Positions 9,539 through 18,013 of a stretch of 19,232 bases of DNA are shown here, in pieces. Position numbers and translations under genes: made by a program. Numbering within the stretch: position 1 is the stretch's first letter; each line of letters opens with the position of its first letter. Location of the stretch: contig JBFFSH010000048.1 in assembly GCA_041572575.1 (NCBI GenBank), forward strand, positions 1 to 19,232, in the 5' to 3' direction. Origin of the DNA: Thermodesulfobacteriota bacterium (GTDB lineage Bacteria > Desulfobacterota_D > UBA1144 > Nemesobacterales > N074bin48). The notes under the pieces were generated by a model. It had not been told where the DNA came from, ran no database searches, and was given only the letters and a program-made list of their open reading frames with translations.

Positions 9539-11023
9539 CTATTTAGAGGCTTTCACAGCCCTATCTGCTGCCCAGCGCTCCAGTGCGGATATCTCTTCTC
9601 TCATGGTAATTGACAGAGGAACAATAGAAGATGCTGCTATAATGAGTTCATTATCATCCAGCTCTTTTTTCTTGGAAAACGATTCGAACAGTCCTGCTAC
9701 TACGGCCTGCTCTATTTCCGAACCACTAAGTCCCTCTGTGTTTTTTGCAAGCGAATCCAGATCGTAAACATCAGGGTCTTTTTTCCTGTTTGTTAAATGA
9801 ATCCTGAAAATCTCCTTTCTTTCTTCCCTCGATGGAAGTGTTACAAAGAATATTTCATCAAATCTTCCTTTTCTCAGTAGCTCCGGGGGAAGTAGGTCAA
9901 TCTGGTTTGCAGTAGCAGTAATAAACACGGGCTTTTGTTTTTCCTGCATCCAGGTAAGAAAATATCCGAATATTCTAGATGATGGACTGTCGCCTGTTTT
10001 CTCTCCCGATCTTGTAATGCCCGCTTCTATTTCGTCTATCCAGAGTATACAGGGAGCACTTGCTTCAACTGTTTTTATGGCTCTTCTGAATACTTCCTCG
10101 GGTGATCCGAATGCGCCGCCATATACAGAGTTTAGTTCGAGTCTTATAAGAGGCAGGTTCCAGGCGGTTGAAACTGCTTTAGAGCACAGGCTCTTCCCGC
10201 AGCCGCTTATACCCATAATGAGCATGCCATTTGGAAAATCGAGCCCGAAATCCTTTGCTTCAGCAGAAAATGCATGATGCCTTATATGAAGCCATTCTTT
10301 AATATTTTCCAGTCCTCCCACGCCATCTAGTACAACATTTGATCTTATAAATTCCAAAGTGCCCGATTTTCTGATTATCTGAACCTTTTCTTCCAAAAGC
10401 TCTTCAATGATTGAATTGTCTGCGCTTGTCTTATCCACCAGTACTCTTTTTAAAGCAAGCTCAATCTCTATTGCTGCAAGACCCATAAGAGCATTTATGC
10501 AGTTGTTTATTAGTTCTGGCGTAAAGGAGTGTTTAATCGTTTCATTATCAATCTGAGCGATAGTACTATCGAATATCTCACGCACTTCCTGAGCATCGGG
10601 CAGGTCAACATCAACTACATTCACTTCTTTTTCAAGCTCGTAGGGTAATATCAGAGCCGGAGCAACTATAAACAAGGTTTTACTGGTATTTCTAAAAGCT
10701 GAATACACATCTTTTATCTTTCTTATTATCTTTGGATCGTTAATGATGTGATGAAAATCTTTTATAAGGAATATGCCTCTATTATTGCTTTGTATCGCAA
10801 TTTCCAGGGCTTTTTGTATATCACCGGAGCCATCAACCTTGCCATCGCCGTTTTGAAGCCCCCCGGTTGTAGACCAGCTGAAAAAATCTGCATCGGGCCC
10901 GTAGAGTTCGTCTTTTAACCGGATTAGATTATTTTCAATACGCTCTTCTTCCCACGACACTAAATATACTATGGGATACTGAGCCCTTATGAGTTTTGAT
11001 AATTGTTCTTTTGGAAACGCCAT
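9539..11023 (-). CDS. AAA+ ATPase, Ycf46-like
   Basis: N-terminal LIRAQYPIVYLVSWEEER and FLIKDFH, Walker A GISGCGKS, Walker B ILWIDEIE, SRH TAN..LPPELLRKGRFDEIFFV, C-terminal PLS.TM.EEI..L..WA..RA..AS. Confidence 0.92.
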   Translation of the reverse strand: MAFPKEQLSKLIRAQYPIVYLVSWEEERIENNLIRLKDELYGPDADFFSWSTTGGLQNGDGKVDGSGDIQKALEIAIQSNNRGIFLIKDFHHIINDPKIIRKIKDVYSAFRNTSKTLFIVAPALILPYELEKEVNVVDVDLPDAQEVREIFDSTIAQIDNETIKHSFTPELINNCINALMGLAAIEIELALKRVLVDKTSADNSIIEELLEEKVQIIRKSGTLEFIRSNVVLDGVGGLENIKEWLHIRHHAFSAEAKDFGLDFPNGMLIMGISGCGKSLCSKAVSTAWNLPLIRLELNSVYGGAFGSPEEVFRRAIKTVEASAPCILWIDEIEAGITRSGEKTGDSPSSRIFGYFLTWMQEKQKPVFITATANQIDLLPPELLRKGRFDEIFFVTLPSREERKEIFRIHLTNRKKDPDVYDLDSLAKNTEGLSGSEIEQAVVAGLFESFSKKKELDDNELIIAASSIVPLSITMREEISALERWAADRAVKASK

Positions 11024-11047
11024 AATTGTTTTCTAGTAGTAAATGAA

Positions 11048-12592
11048 TTAAACCCCTGCCGAGGAAGCTTTTTTGGGATGCTCTTTTCTCCACCTTAGTT
11101 TATTAAGCGCATTGATGTATGCTTTAGCGCTTGCAACGACTATATCCGTATTTGATCCCTGCCCAAGGGAAATGATGCCATCATCTTCTATTCTTACAGT
11201 AACTGCGCCTTGAGCATCTGTGCCGCCAGTGATCGAACCTACATTATAATCGAGTAATTTTGCAGACTCTCCTGTGGCTTTTGCAATTGCCCTGTAGGCA
11301 GCGTCTACGGGTCCGTCACCATGTTCTGAAACCGTTTTTTCAATACCATCAATAAACAGGGTGATAGTTGCAACAGGAAGCATATTGGTGCCGCTTGAAA
11401 AATTAGCTGTAACAAGTTTATAAAAATCCGATGATCTCATAAACTCTTCACTTATAAGCGCTTCAATATCTTCATCAAACACATATTTTTTAAGATCACA
11501 GAGATCCTTAAACTTTTTAAATGCTTCTTCAAAGTCTTTATCGCTTAAAAAATATCCATATTCTTCAATGCGCTTTCTAAAAGCATGTCTTCCGGAGTGT
11601 TTGCCTAGCACTATTTTATTAGATGGTATCCCAACATCTGCAGGGTTCATGATTTCATAAGTAATCCGCTCTTTTAATACGCCGTCCTGATGAATACCCG
11701 CTTCATGGGCAAAGGCGTTTGCTCCGACAATGGCCTTGTTGGGCTGTACATTTACTCCTGTAACCTGAGAAACTATTCTGCTTGTGGGGTAAATATGCTC
11801 AGTATTAATTCCAGTTTCAAATGGGTTCTTATCGCTCCTTACCTTAAGAGCCATCACTATTTCTTCAAGTGATGCATTGCCCGCTCTCTCGCCAAGTCCG
11901 TTTATGGTGCATTCTGCCTGCCTGGCTCCGGCGTTAATTGCTGCTATGGTATTTGCTACAGCAAGCCCAAGGTCATTGTGGCAGTGAACGCTAAGGGTTA
12001 CCTTGTGAAGACCCTTTACTCTTTCAAGAAGTGTAGTGATTATATGATGAAATTCTTCAGGAACGGTGTATCCAACAGTATCTGGAATGTTTATGGTGGT
12101 TGCCCCGCATTTAACGGCAAGCTTCACGGCTTTGCAAAGAAAATCAATATCTGTTCTTGTGGCATCTTCACATGAAAATTCTACATTGTCCGTATAAGCG
12201 GCCGCATGTTTTACAGCCTTTTCTATAATTGCTAAAACTTCATCCTGTGTCTTTCTAAGTTTATGCTTTAAATGAATTTCAGATGTTGCTATAAATGTAT
12301 GTATCCTTGGATGTTTGGAATGTTTTACAGCTTCCCACCCTCTGTCTATATCATTTATATTAGCTCTGCAAAGCCCTGCAATCTCACAGTTCTTAATCTC
12401 TTGAGCAACGAGCTTTACTGACTGGAAATCACCCTCTGATGAAATGGGAAATCCGGCTTCAATGATATCAACTCCGAGTTTTTCCAGGTTATATGCAACT
12501 TTTAATTTTTCATCAGTAGTCATACCGCACCCGGGGGCCTGTTCGCCGTCCCTCAGTGTAGTATCAAATATTTTTACATAATTTTTACTCAT
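11048..12592 (-). CDS. leuA: 2-isopropylmalate synthase
   Basis: FDTTLRDGEQ, NIPDTVGY, HCHNDLGLA, GERAGNA, HEAGIHQDG, regulatory-domain GDGPVDA. Confidence 0.97.
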   Translation of the reverse strand: MSKNYVKIFDTTLRDGEQAPGCGMTTDEKLKVAYNLEKLGVDIIEAGFPISSEGDFQSVKLVAQEIKNCEIAGLCRANINDIDRGWEAVKHSKHPRIHTFIATSEIHLKHKLRKTQDEVLAIIEKAVKHAAAYTDNVEFSCEDATRTDIDFLCKAVKLAVKCGATTINIPDTVGYTVPEEFHHIITTLLERVKGLHKVTLSVHCHNDLGLAVANTIAAINAGARQAECTINGLGERAGNASLEEIVMALKVRSDKNPFETGINTEHIYPTSRIVSQVTGVNVQPNKAIVGANAFAHEAGIHQDGVLKERITYEIMNPADVGIPSNKIVLGKHSGRHAFRKRIEEYGYFLSDKDFEEAFKKFKDLCDLKKYVFDEDIEALISEEFMRSSDFYKLVTANFSSGTNMLPVATITLFIDGIEKTVSEHGDGPVDAAYRAIAKATGESAKLLDYNVGSITGGTDAQGAVTVRIEDDGIISLGQGSNTDIVVASAKAYINALNKLRWRKEHPKKASSAGV

Positions 12593-12660
12593 AACGATTC
12601 ACTCTGTGTAATAATAAAATTGATTTACTATTATTTTACTAAAGATAATAAAATTAACAA

Positions 12661-14142
12661 TTAGATGATAGTAATTTCATAGTATTTGGATAATTCAATA
12701 TCTTTAATAAATTTAATTTCAATCCCATAACTTTCAACAAGGGATTTAAGATTTTCCTGTTCAAAGTTGTTAATGTAGTCAATTGTCTGCGGTTTGGTTG
12801 TTATGGTAATACTGTCTATATTATTTCTGCTAAGCTTTTCTTTTATCTCTCTGAATATTTCGTATGTTGTGGTTTCTGGAGATTTAAGGTAACCGGTGCC
12901 CCTGCAGTGGTAGCAGTCGTTTGTAAGATACTCCATAATGCTTTCTCTTAACTTTTGCCTTGTAAGCTGTACAACAGAGAACTGAGACATCTCGTGAACA
13001 ACAGTTCTTGCCTTATCATCTTTCATCTCATCTATGAACAGATTATATATCTCATTTGTCTTATCAGTGTCCTTAAGATCAATAAAATCAATTACTATTA
13101 TCCCCACAAGATTTCTAAGCTTGATTTGCTTTGCGGTTTCTATAGCTGCCTCTTTATTAATATGAAAGATGGTATCGTTTTGATTTTCTCCATCCAGATA
13201 TTTGCCCGTGTTTACATCTACTACGGTAAGCGCTTCGGCTTCTTCGATTATTAAATAACCACCCGACTCAAGCCAGATTTTCTTTTCAAAAAGTTTTTGG
13301 ATCTCCTGTTCGAGATCATATTTGGTAAAAAGCGGTGTTTTTTCCTCATAAAGCTGCAGCTTAATATCAAAATTGGGAAAATTGTTTTCAATAAATTCTG
13401 TGATCTTTTGATAATAGTCCCTGTCATCTACAAGTACCTCGGTGCTGTCCGTTACAAGGTCTCTTATAGTCTTGATGTAGAGTGGAGGTTCTTCATACAG
13501 CTGTACGGGCGCATTGTGCTTTTCGGATTTGTTTTTGATAAGCTCCCAGGTCTGCTGTAGCTGAGCAAGGTCGTTTTCAAGCAGTTGTTTGCCTATCCCC
13601 ATGCTTACGGTCCTTGCAATAACACCAATATTTTCGGGTTTAATCTCTTTTAATATTTCAATAAGTCTTTCACGTTCTTCGGTATCTTCAATCTTTTTTG
13701 AAACTCCAACAAAATCGACCATGGCAAGAAGTACGAGGTACTTGCCGGGAAGGGCAATGTTGGAAGATAGCTTTGCGCCTTTTCCTCCCGACGGGTTTTT
13801 AAGTATTTGTACCAATATATCCTGACCTTCAGTTAAAACGTCCTGAATAAGATAAGAAGGCAGCTGTCCATCTTCCAGATCATCCTGTTGTTCTAGGAAA
13901 ATGTTCTCAAATGAATCACTGTATACATCCTCTGCAGAAATAAACCCTGCCTTATCGCCCCCATAGTTAACAAACGCAGCCTGCATTCCGGGGATTACTT
14001 TTCCTACCTTTGCCTTATAGATATTTCCCGCAAGTTTGGGCTTGGATGTTCTTTCTACATAGAGCTCAAAAAGGTTTCCATTCTTGATATATGCAACCCT
14101 TGTTTCGTTAAAAGTTCTGTTAATTAATATCGTGTTTTTCAT
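12661..14142 (-). CDS. rng: Ribonuclease G/E family endoribonuclease (RNase G-sized)
   Basis: S1 domain GNIYKAKV..VIPGMQAAFV, catalytic VDVNTG and IVIDFID, Zn-link CYHCRGTG. ATG 14142 (MKNTILIN) is preferred over GTG 14172. Confidence 0.93.
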   Translation of the reverse strand: MKNTILINRTFNETRVAYIKNGNLFELYVERTSKPKLAGNIYKAKVGKVIPGMQAAFVNYGGDKAGFISAEDVYSDSFENIFLEQQDDLEDGQLPSYLIQDVLTEGQDILVQILKNPSGGKGAKLSSNIALPGKYLVLLAMVDFVGVSKKIEDTEERERLIEILKEIKPENIGVIARTVSMGIGKQLLENDLAQLQQTWELIKNKSEKHNAPVQLYEEPPLYIKTIRDLVTDSTEVLVDDRDYYQKITEFIENNFPNFDIKLQLYEEKTPLFTKYDLEQEIQKLFEKKIWLESGGYLIIEEAEALTVVDVNTGKYLDGENQNDTIFHINKEAAIETAKQIKLRNLVGIIVIDFIDLKDTDKTNEIYNLFIDEMKDDKARTVVHEMSQFSVVQLTRQKLRESIMEYLTNDCYHCRGTGYLKSPETTTYEIFREIKEKLSRNNIDSITITTKPQTIDYINNFEQENLKSLVESYGIEIKFIKDIELSKYYEITII

Positions 14143-14312
14143 TATTTTAGGACTATGAATTAAATTAAACAACTATTATAGACTAGATATTATTTTTAAA
14201 AAGATAAAAAAAATTAATATATGGTCTTTCAATTATGTTAAAAACATGTTAACTTATATTAAGTTTGTTCAATAAGTCACTGTATTGATGATATTTTTTT
14301 GGAGGTTTGGTG

Positions 14313-15353
14313 ATGAAATTAAAATTAATTTTACCATTTTTATTATTATTTTCAGCCTTTGCTGTAGCGGCTGATAACACTGGTGATAAAGATGCAAAGG
14401 TAAAAAGTACAGAACCGCAGGTAAAGGATAATGTATCAATCTATGTTGTTCGTCCCGGGGATTCTCTTTGGAAGATTTCAAAAAACTTCTATGATACGCC
14501 TGTTCTATGGCCAAGATTGTGGAAATTAAATCCTGCGATTGATAAACCATACAGGATATATCCCGGTGAGGTAATTTCTCTAAAACGTCAGGTACCAAAA
14601 CTTGCCGTAGTAGATTTTGATCCTGAGAAAAGAGATTTTATAGTTGGAGACATTGATCCTCCACCCCCAGTATACTATTACTCAAGAGCTCATAACGCTG
14701 GTTTTATAAGTCCTGATGAATGGGAGCATATGGGTACTATTATCAATTCAGAACCTCCAAGGATCATGCTTGGGAAGGAAAACACTCTGGCTTATATAAA
14801 CCTGGGTACGGATGATAATGTGGCAGTAGGTGATACGTTTACGGTGTTTAAAAGTTCAAAACCTGTACTGCATCCTGTAACGAAAAAGAGAATAGGATAT
14901 AAAGTGGCAATATTGGGTGAGCTTGAGGTTCATGAAGTGCTTGGTGAAAAACTTTCATCTGCAAAGGTTACAGCTTCAAACAGGGAGATGCACAGGGGAG
15001 CCAGGATAAGACCTACCGAAGAGTTTGTAACAGAAGTAGTAATCAGAAAGGGTGAAGAAGATTTGGACGGAGTGATTGTGGATAACAAATACAACCTTGC
15101 ATATGCGGCTCAGAATGATGTTGTGTATATCGATGCAGGAAGCCAGGATAATGTAGTACCTGGAAACACTTTTACAATCTTTCAGCATCCAAGGATAGTA
15201 AAAGATCTGGACTCCGGCAAAAACCTCACTGTTCCAAAGCTTCCTATTGGAAAGCTTGTAGTGATAAACGTTAAAAAACATATTTCTACAGGTGTTGTAA
15301 TAGAGAGTAAAAGGCAGGTTGCCAAGGGCGATATAGTAAGCCTAGACAGATAA
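14313..15353 (+). CDS. Exported LysM peptidoglycan-binding protein, TsaP-like
   Basis: RBS GGAGG at 14301-14305, 7 nt before ATG 14313. Signal peptide ending AVA-A, LysM YVVRPGDSLWKIS...WPRLWKLNPAIDKPYRIYPG, and two beta-rich repeats (YINLG.DDNV.VGDTFTV / YIDAG.QDNV.PGNTFTI). Confidence 0.85.
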   Translation: MKLKLILPFLLLFSAFAVAADNTGDKDAKVKSTEPQVKDNVSIYVVRPGDSLWKISKNFYDTPVLWPRLWKLNPAIDKPYRIYPGEVISLKRQVPKLAVVDFDPEKRDFIVGDIDPPPPVYYYSRAHNAGFISPDEWEHMGTIINSEPPRIMLGKENTLAYINLGTDDNVAVGDTFTVFKSSKPVLHPVTKKRIGYKVAILGELEVHEVLGEKLSSAKVTASNREMHRGARIRPTEEFVTEVVIRKGEEDLDGVIVDNKYNLAYAAQNDVVYIDAGSQDNVVPGNTFTIFQHPRIVKDLDSGKNLTVPKLPIGKLVVINVKKHISTGVVIESKRQVAKGDIVSLDR

Positions 15354-15391
15354 AGACAGATAAAGAAAAATAAAAATTAATTATAGATTAT

Positions 15392-15430
15392 AAGCCCTGC
15401 TGGAAGTTGCTTTCGGCGGGGCTTTTTTTT
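15392..15430 (+). terminator. Intrinsic terminator after the LysM gene
   Basis: AAGCCCTGCTGGAAG-TTG-CTTTCGGCGGGGCTT stem (G:U pairs valid on the + transcript) with a T8 run at 15423-15430, between convergent genes. Confidence 0.88.
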
Positions 15431-15437
15431 GTTTAGG

Positions 15438-16397
15438 TCATTGTTGTATAAGTTTTGAAACAATCTTTTCTGCAGCCTGATAAGGATCAAGCTGTCCTTC
15501 TCTTACGCTTTTTACTACTTTTTTAATGTCCGAGTCCTGCATTTTTGAAAAAAGCCTGTTGTCCAGCGCTTCTCTGACTATTTTTATAAGCTCCTCTTCA
15601 CGTTGTTTTTCAAGCTTTTCTGAGGCGAGGTTGTGTTTCATCCTGAAATACATGTGTTTTACAACCGAGTCCTTCACTTCTTTTATGCCGTCGTTCTTGC
15701 TGGCAGCAGTTAGCAGCACAGGTATGTTCCACTTGTCTTCTCTTTGACTAAGAGAAGTTATGCTCTTTATCTCCCTGCATATCTTATCAGCACCCTGCCT
15801 GTCCGACTTGTTTACTAGGAATATATCGGCTATCTCCATAAGCCCGGCTTTCATTGTCTGCACTACGTCTCCCGATTCAGGCACAAGGATTACGATCACC
15901 GTGTCTGCGATCTTTATTATATCAAGCTCTGTCTGCCCTACGCCCACAGTTTCAATGATCACTATATCAAAGCCAAATGCATCATACAGTTTTACTATCT
16001 GTGCCGTTGCCTTTGACAGCCCGCCCTGACTTCCCCTGCTTCCTATGCTTCTTATAAATACGTCTTTGTCTACACTATGGTCCTGCATCCTTATCCTGTC
16101 GCCAAGCACGGCACCTCCGGTAAAGGGGCTTGTGGGATCGACCGCTATTATTCCAACCTTACTGCCCCTCTTTCTGAAAAGCGCCGTAAGCGAGCTTACA
16201 AATGTACTCTTTCCCGCTCCGGGAGGGCCAGTGATACCAATAACATATGCGTTTGCGGTTTGGTGGTTAATAGACCTTATGATGGACGATGCGCTCTGTC
16301 TGTTGTTTTCCACCTTGCTTATAAGCCTTGCAAGCGCCGCCCGGTCTCCCTTAAGCATTTTGTCGATTAATTTTTTGTCTTTATCTGTAAGGCTCAT
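15438..16397 (-). CDS. meaB: MeaB/ArgK-family GTPase (B12-mutase chaperone)
   Basis: GITGPPGAGKST, AVDPTSPFTGGAVLGDRIRM, ETVGVGQTE, GDVVQTMKAGLMEIAD, NKSD. Confidence 0.96.
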   Translation of the reverse strand: MSLTDKDKKLIDKMLKGDRAALARLISKVENNRQSASSIIRSINHQTANAYVIGITGPPGAGKSTFVSSLTALFRKRGSKVGIIAVDPTSPFTGGAVLGDRIRMQDHSVDKDVFIRSIGSRGSQGGLSKATAQIVKLYDAFGFDIVIIETVGVGQTELDIIKIADTVIVILVPESGDVVQTMKAGLMEIADIFLVNKSDRQGADKICREIKSITSLSQREDKWNIPVLLTAASKNDGIKEVKDSVVKHMYFRMKHNLASEKLEKQREEELIKIVREALDNRLFSKMQDSDIKKVVKSVREGQLDPYQAAEKIVSKLIQQ

Positions 16398-16399
16398 GA

Positions 16400-16705
16400 T
16401 TATTTTTGCAGCTTTTCTATTAATCCATCTATTATAATTCCCGAAATATTATCAGGGTGTACGCTAACTTCAGCATCCGGGTTATCTTTGTAATACATAT
16501 CTTCGTTCTTTACTTTTTCGCGCACAAGATCATTTATGTTTGTAGAGCCGCTGTATACATAGTCTTTTTTGATCCACCTGTCCAGTGCCATATGTAGCCC
16601 TGCGGGGTCTGCATTTTTCACAGCCTCTATCTCGCTCTCATCAAGCGTGCCTATAATATGATCAATTGCTTCACCCAAATCGCTAAATTCTTTTTTCCCG
16701 CTCAT
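16400..16705 (-). CDS. Small hypothetical protein, DUF6794-like
   Basis: L.EAI..I...L, H..L.RWI and HPDNISGIII patterns; it ends 2 bp before the meaB start. ATG 16705 is preferred over TTG 16729. The family name is from memory. Confidence 0.6.
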   Translation of the reverse strand: MSGKKEFSDLGEAIDHIIGTLDESEIEAVKNADPAGLHMALDRWIKKDYVYSGSTNINDLVREKVKNEDMYYKDNPDAEVSVHPDNISGIIIDGLIEKLQK

Positions 16706-16791
16706 ATCAGGATAAAAATAATATATCAATATAATAGAATTTATAGGATAAATAATCTATTATTTAATTATAAGCTCTAAAGGAGATAAAT

Positions 16792-17010
16792 ATGAAGAAA
16801 TACGAATACGAAATTTTGTTTCATAGAAATGTTAAAGGACACGTCACATGGTATTTTGCCTCCAAGCCGAACAAGAAAGTGGGCACAAGCCTTATAAAGA
16901 TACTTAACAAACTGGGCGCAAAGGGCTGGGATGCCAGCATATCGGGCACACTTGAGGCCGGAGCTATTGCAGAGGTGCTTCTTAAAAGAGAGAAGGGGAA
17001 GAAGAAGTAG
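16792..17010 (+). CDS. DUF4177-like small basic protein
   Basis: RBS AGGAG at 16781-16785; KYEY ... LNKLGAKGW ... LLKRE pattern. Confidence 0.7.
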   Translation: MKKYEYEILFHRNVKGHVTWYFASKPNKKVGTSLIKILNKLGAKGWDASISGTLEAGAIAEVLLKREKGKKK

Positions 17011-17029
17011 AGTTTATCCTTTTTTTATA

Positions 17030-17156
17030 TGTCATCTCGAACCGAAGGTAGAGATCTGCTTTTTCCTAACACACTGAGCTAGTCGAAGTGTGAGAACAGC
17101 AATTACTTCCCACCACTGTCATTGCGAAGTTCACGAAGTGAACTGTGGCAATCTCG
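17030..17156 (+). repeat. Cluster of three REP-like extragenic palindromes
   Basis: 17030-17057 TGTCATCTCGAACCGAAGGTAGAGATCT; 17070-17092 CACACTGAGCTAGTCGAAGTGTG; 17117-17156 TGTCATTGCGAAGTTCACGAAGTGAACTGTGGCAATCTCG, which has a perfect AGTTCAC-GAA-GTGAACT hairpin. All three contain CGAAG. Confidence 0.75.
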
Positions 17157-17255
17157 CTTTTATAATGTAAACATATCCCTCTGAATAAATAAGTCTGTTT
17201 AGGCACAGGCCAAATGAGAACTACCCTTCACTTAGAATAAAGTCAGAATAAACCC

Positions 17256-17318
17256 CTTAGACCCATAAACCCAAAAACCCCGGGTTAAACCCTATACCTT
17301 TGGGTTTTTGGGGTTAAG
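17256..17318. repeat. 63-bp repeat, left copy (inverted relative to 18708-18770)
   Basis: CTTAGACCCATAAACCCAAAAACCCCGGGTTAAACCCTATACCTTTGGGTTTTTGGGGTTAAG; 55/63 ungapped identity to the reverse complement of the right copy. Confidence 0.95.
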
Positions 17319-17320
17319 TA

Positions 17321-18013
17321 TTAAATTAATCCCCTCAATAGTTTCTCCTGATCTTCTTTTAATACACTCTCTGGTGGATTGTCCCAATTAAATCTTTGAA
17401 ATAGCCATATTGTATGATCAAGTGATAGTTTAGATGAGTTCGCAATCAGTTCTTCAATAGTCAGAGGGTATTCACGATCTATTTTCTCAATTGCACAGAT
17501 ATACTCTGCTAATATATGACGTCTAATATCTAACATGAATAATTTCCTATCTCTCGTATCGTGTAAATTTATATATATTATGCACTCATTTCCTAATAAT
17601 CCTTTGTTGGCTAACCTAGATGCAAATTCAAATATCTCTGTAATTTTATACAATGTGGATAGTATCGATAATGATTTGCCATTTGGTAATTTCCATCTTC
17701 TGTCTTCCGATACCTGATCTTGCCAGTCTTCAACTAGACCAGAATAATGAACGAACATTCCATTTTGGTAATAACGCCAATATTCTACAAAGTACGACCA
17801 ATCTAATGGATGTTCTATAAAATCTAATCCAGTTGTAGGAGGCTTATCATCAGGGTAAAAGGGAAATTCCCAACCACGAAGGCTTACTTTTAATTCCCTA
17901 ATAATTTCCTTACATTTAGCAGTGGATTCAATGAAATTGTCTTTATATATTGTAGGCCTAATTATAACTTCCCAATGACCGCGTCTTTTAATTTTATCTA
18001 AAATTTCGCTCAT
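17321..18013 (-). CDS. Hypothetical aromatic-rich protein (230 aa), partner of the Schlafen/AlbA_2 gene
   Basis: Its ATG directly follows the upstream TAG (0-bp gap). Motifs are GHWEVIIRP, SLRGWEFP, EYWRYYQNGMF, EIFEFASRL and LFQRFNW. No TM segment or signal peptide is apparent. Confidence 0.85.
   Translation of the reverse strand: MSEILDKIKRRGHWEVIIRPTIYKDNFIESTAKCKEIIRELKVSLRGWEFPFYPDDKPPTTGLDFIEHPLDWSYFVEYWRYYQNGMFVHYSGLVEDWQDQVSEDRRWKLPNGKSLSILSTLYKITEIFEFASRLANKGLLGNECIIYINLHDTRDRKLFMLDIRRHILAEYICAIEKIDREYPLTIEELIANSSKLSLDHTIWLFQRFNWDNPPESVLKEDQEKLLRGLI

Noticed and set aside
14216..14243. dif site (TTATGTTAAAA resembles the XerD arm)
   Set aside because: The would-be XerC arm AATATATGGTC does not match, and the region is very AT-rich.
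1394..14265. Recurring ACTTA...TAAGT palindromes near 1394, 9344 and 14251 as a shared operator
   Set aside because: The spacers differ (5, 4 and 3 bp), and such matches are expected by chance in AT-rich intergenic DNA.
17030..17318. CRISPR array
   Set aside because: The repeats are not identical direct repeats with regular spacers, and there are no cas genes.
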